A DNA stretch of 64,000 nt, taken from NCBI GenBank assembly GCA_002441245.1, contig DJVP01000012.1, forward strand, positions 325,504 to 389,503, written 5' to 3'. Origin of the DNA: Candidatus Omnitrophica bacterium UBA6253. GTDB lineage: Bacteria > Omnitrophota > Gorgyraeia > Gygaellales > Profunditerraquicolaceae. The stretch is not shown here. Below: more notes on the stretch, generated by a model. That model searched no databases, was not told where the DNA came from, and saw nothing but the letters and a program-made list of their open reading frames with translations. Positions within the stretch are counted from its first letter, which is position 1.

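Noticed and set aside
10161-63566. Junction motif as a DNA or RNA-level element: a site-specific recombination site, an intron or editing scar, or an internal translation re-initiation site (GTG/ATT/TTG after Pro).
   Set aside because: The codons encoding S-S-S-P-V vary synonymously between copies (AGT/AGC, TCG/TCT/TCA/TCC, CCG/CCT/CCA, GTA/GTT/GTG/ATA/ATT), so conservation is at the peptide level. The +1 codon is mostly GTA/GTT, which are not start codons. No SD-like purine run precedes the motifs.
10161-63566. A 2A-like ribosomal skipping (StopGo) peptide.
   Set aside because: The motif lacks the D(V/I)ExNPGP consensus and the NPG-P dipeptide. There is no basis beyond the analogy of co-translational separation. 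It is kept only as a remote alternative to proteolysis.
15-63930. About 110 plus-strand ORFs of 60-161 aa in the ORF track (for example 19810-20295, 31810-32295, 36100-36585, 38896-39369).
   Set aside because: All lie antisense to the minus-strand coding frame and have low-complexity, Ser/Leu/Pro-rich translations with no SD or start context. They are typical shadow ORFs of the giant gene and the operon on the opposite strand.
1-64000. CRISPR arrays, tRNA/rRNA genes, IS elements, or long DNA-level direct repeats.
   Set aside because: No periodic repeat-spacer structure, no tRNA-like cloverleaf candidates and no transposase-like ORFs were seen. The only repeats are the diverged (~70% nt) internal module duplications described in the findings.

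Overview
Summary. The window is dominated by one uninterrupted minus-strand reading frame from 7680 to 63938, which in fact runs off the window edge at 64000 with no stop and no start in view. That is at least 56 kb and at least 18,770 codons. It is not a surface or repeat protein. It is an in-frame concatenation of at least 55 individually recognisable, normally free-standing cytoplasmic enzymes and regulators. Recognisable modules include: uridine-kinase-like, sugar-1-P nucleotidyltransferase-like and three ROK/ASKHA sugar kinases; a GalT-like HIT enzyme, mannose-6-P isomerase, ribulose-P epimerase and a carbamoyltransferase; three beta-PGM-like HAD hydrolases, a bifunctional Rel/SpoT, an alpha-glucan phosphorylase-like module and a GH77+GDE debranching enzyme; a CoaE-like kinase, GNATs, SAM methyltransferases and a B12-radical-SAM enzyme; a CofD/YvcK-like and a Fic/Doc-like module, two HATPase anti-sigma-like modules and several LuxR-type multi-HTH regulators; at least three sigma-70-family modules and a subtilisin-like S8 protease. 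Almost every module boundary carries the same short peptide junction S-S-S-P-[V/I] (about 55 copies). The junction is conserved at the amino-acid level but not the codon level, which is what a polyprotein with a reiterated processing or linker site would look like. Internal duplications are present: a GNAT+LuxR block occurs twice, and there are tandem 180-aa paralogues. Downstream on the same strand are two PilZ c-di-GMP receptor genes. After them comes a sugar ABC importer operon (lipoprotein SBP, two permeases) ending in a secreted GH-A glycoside hydrolase. At the window start there is also a truncated secreted tandem-repeat protein. All plus-strand ORFs in the track look like antisense shadow ORFs. 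Module boundaries are given to about +-15 nt and were located by reading the junction codons directly in the DNA.
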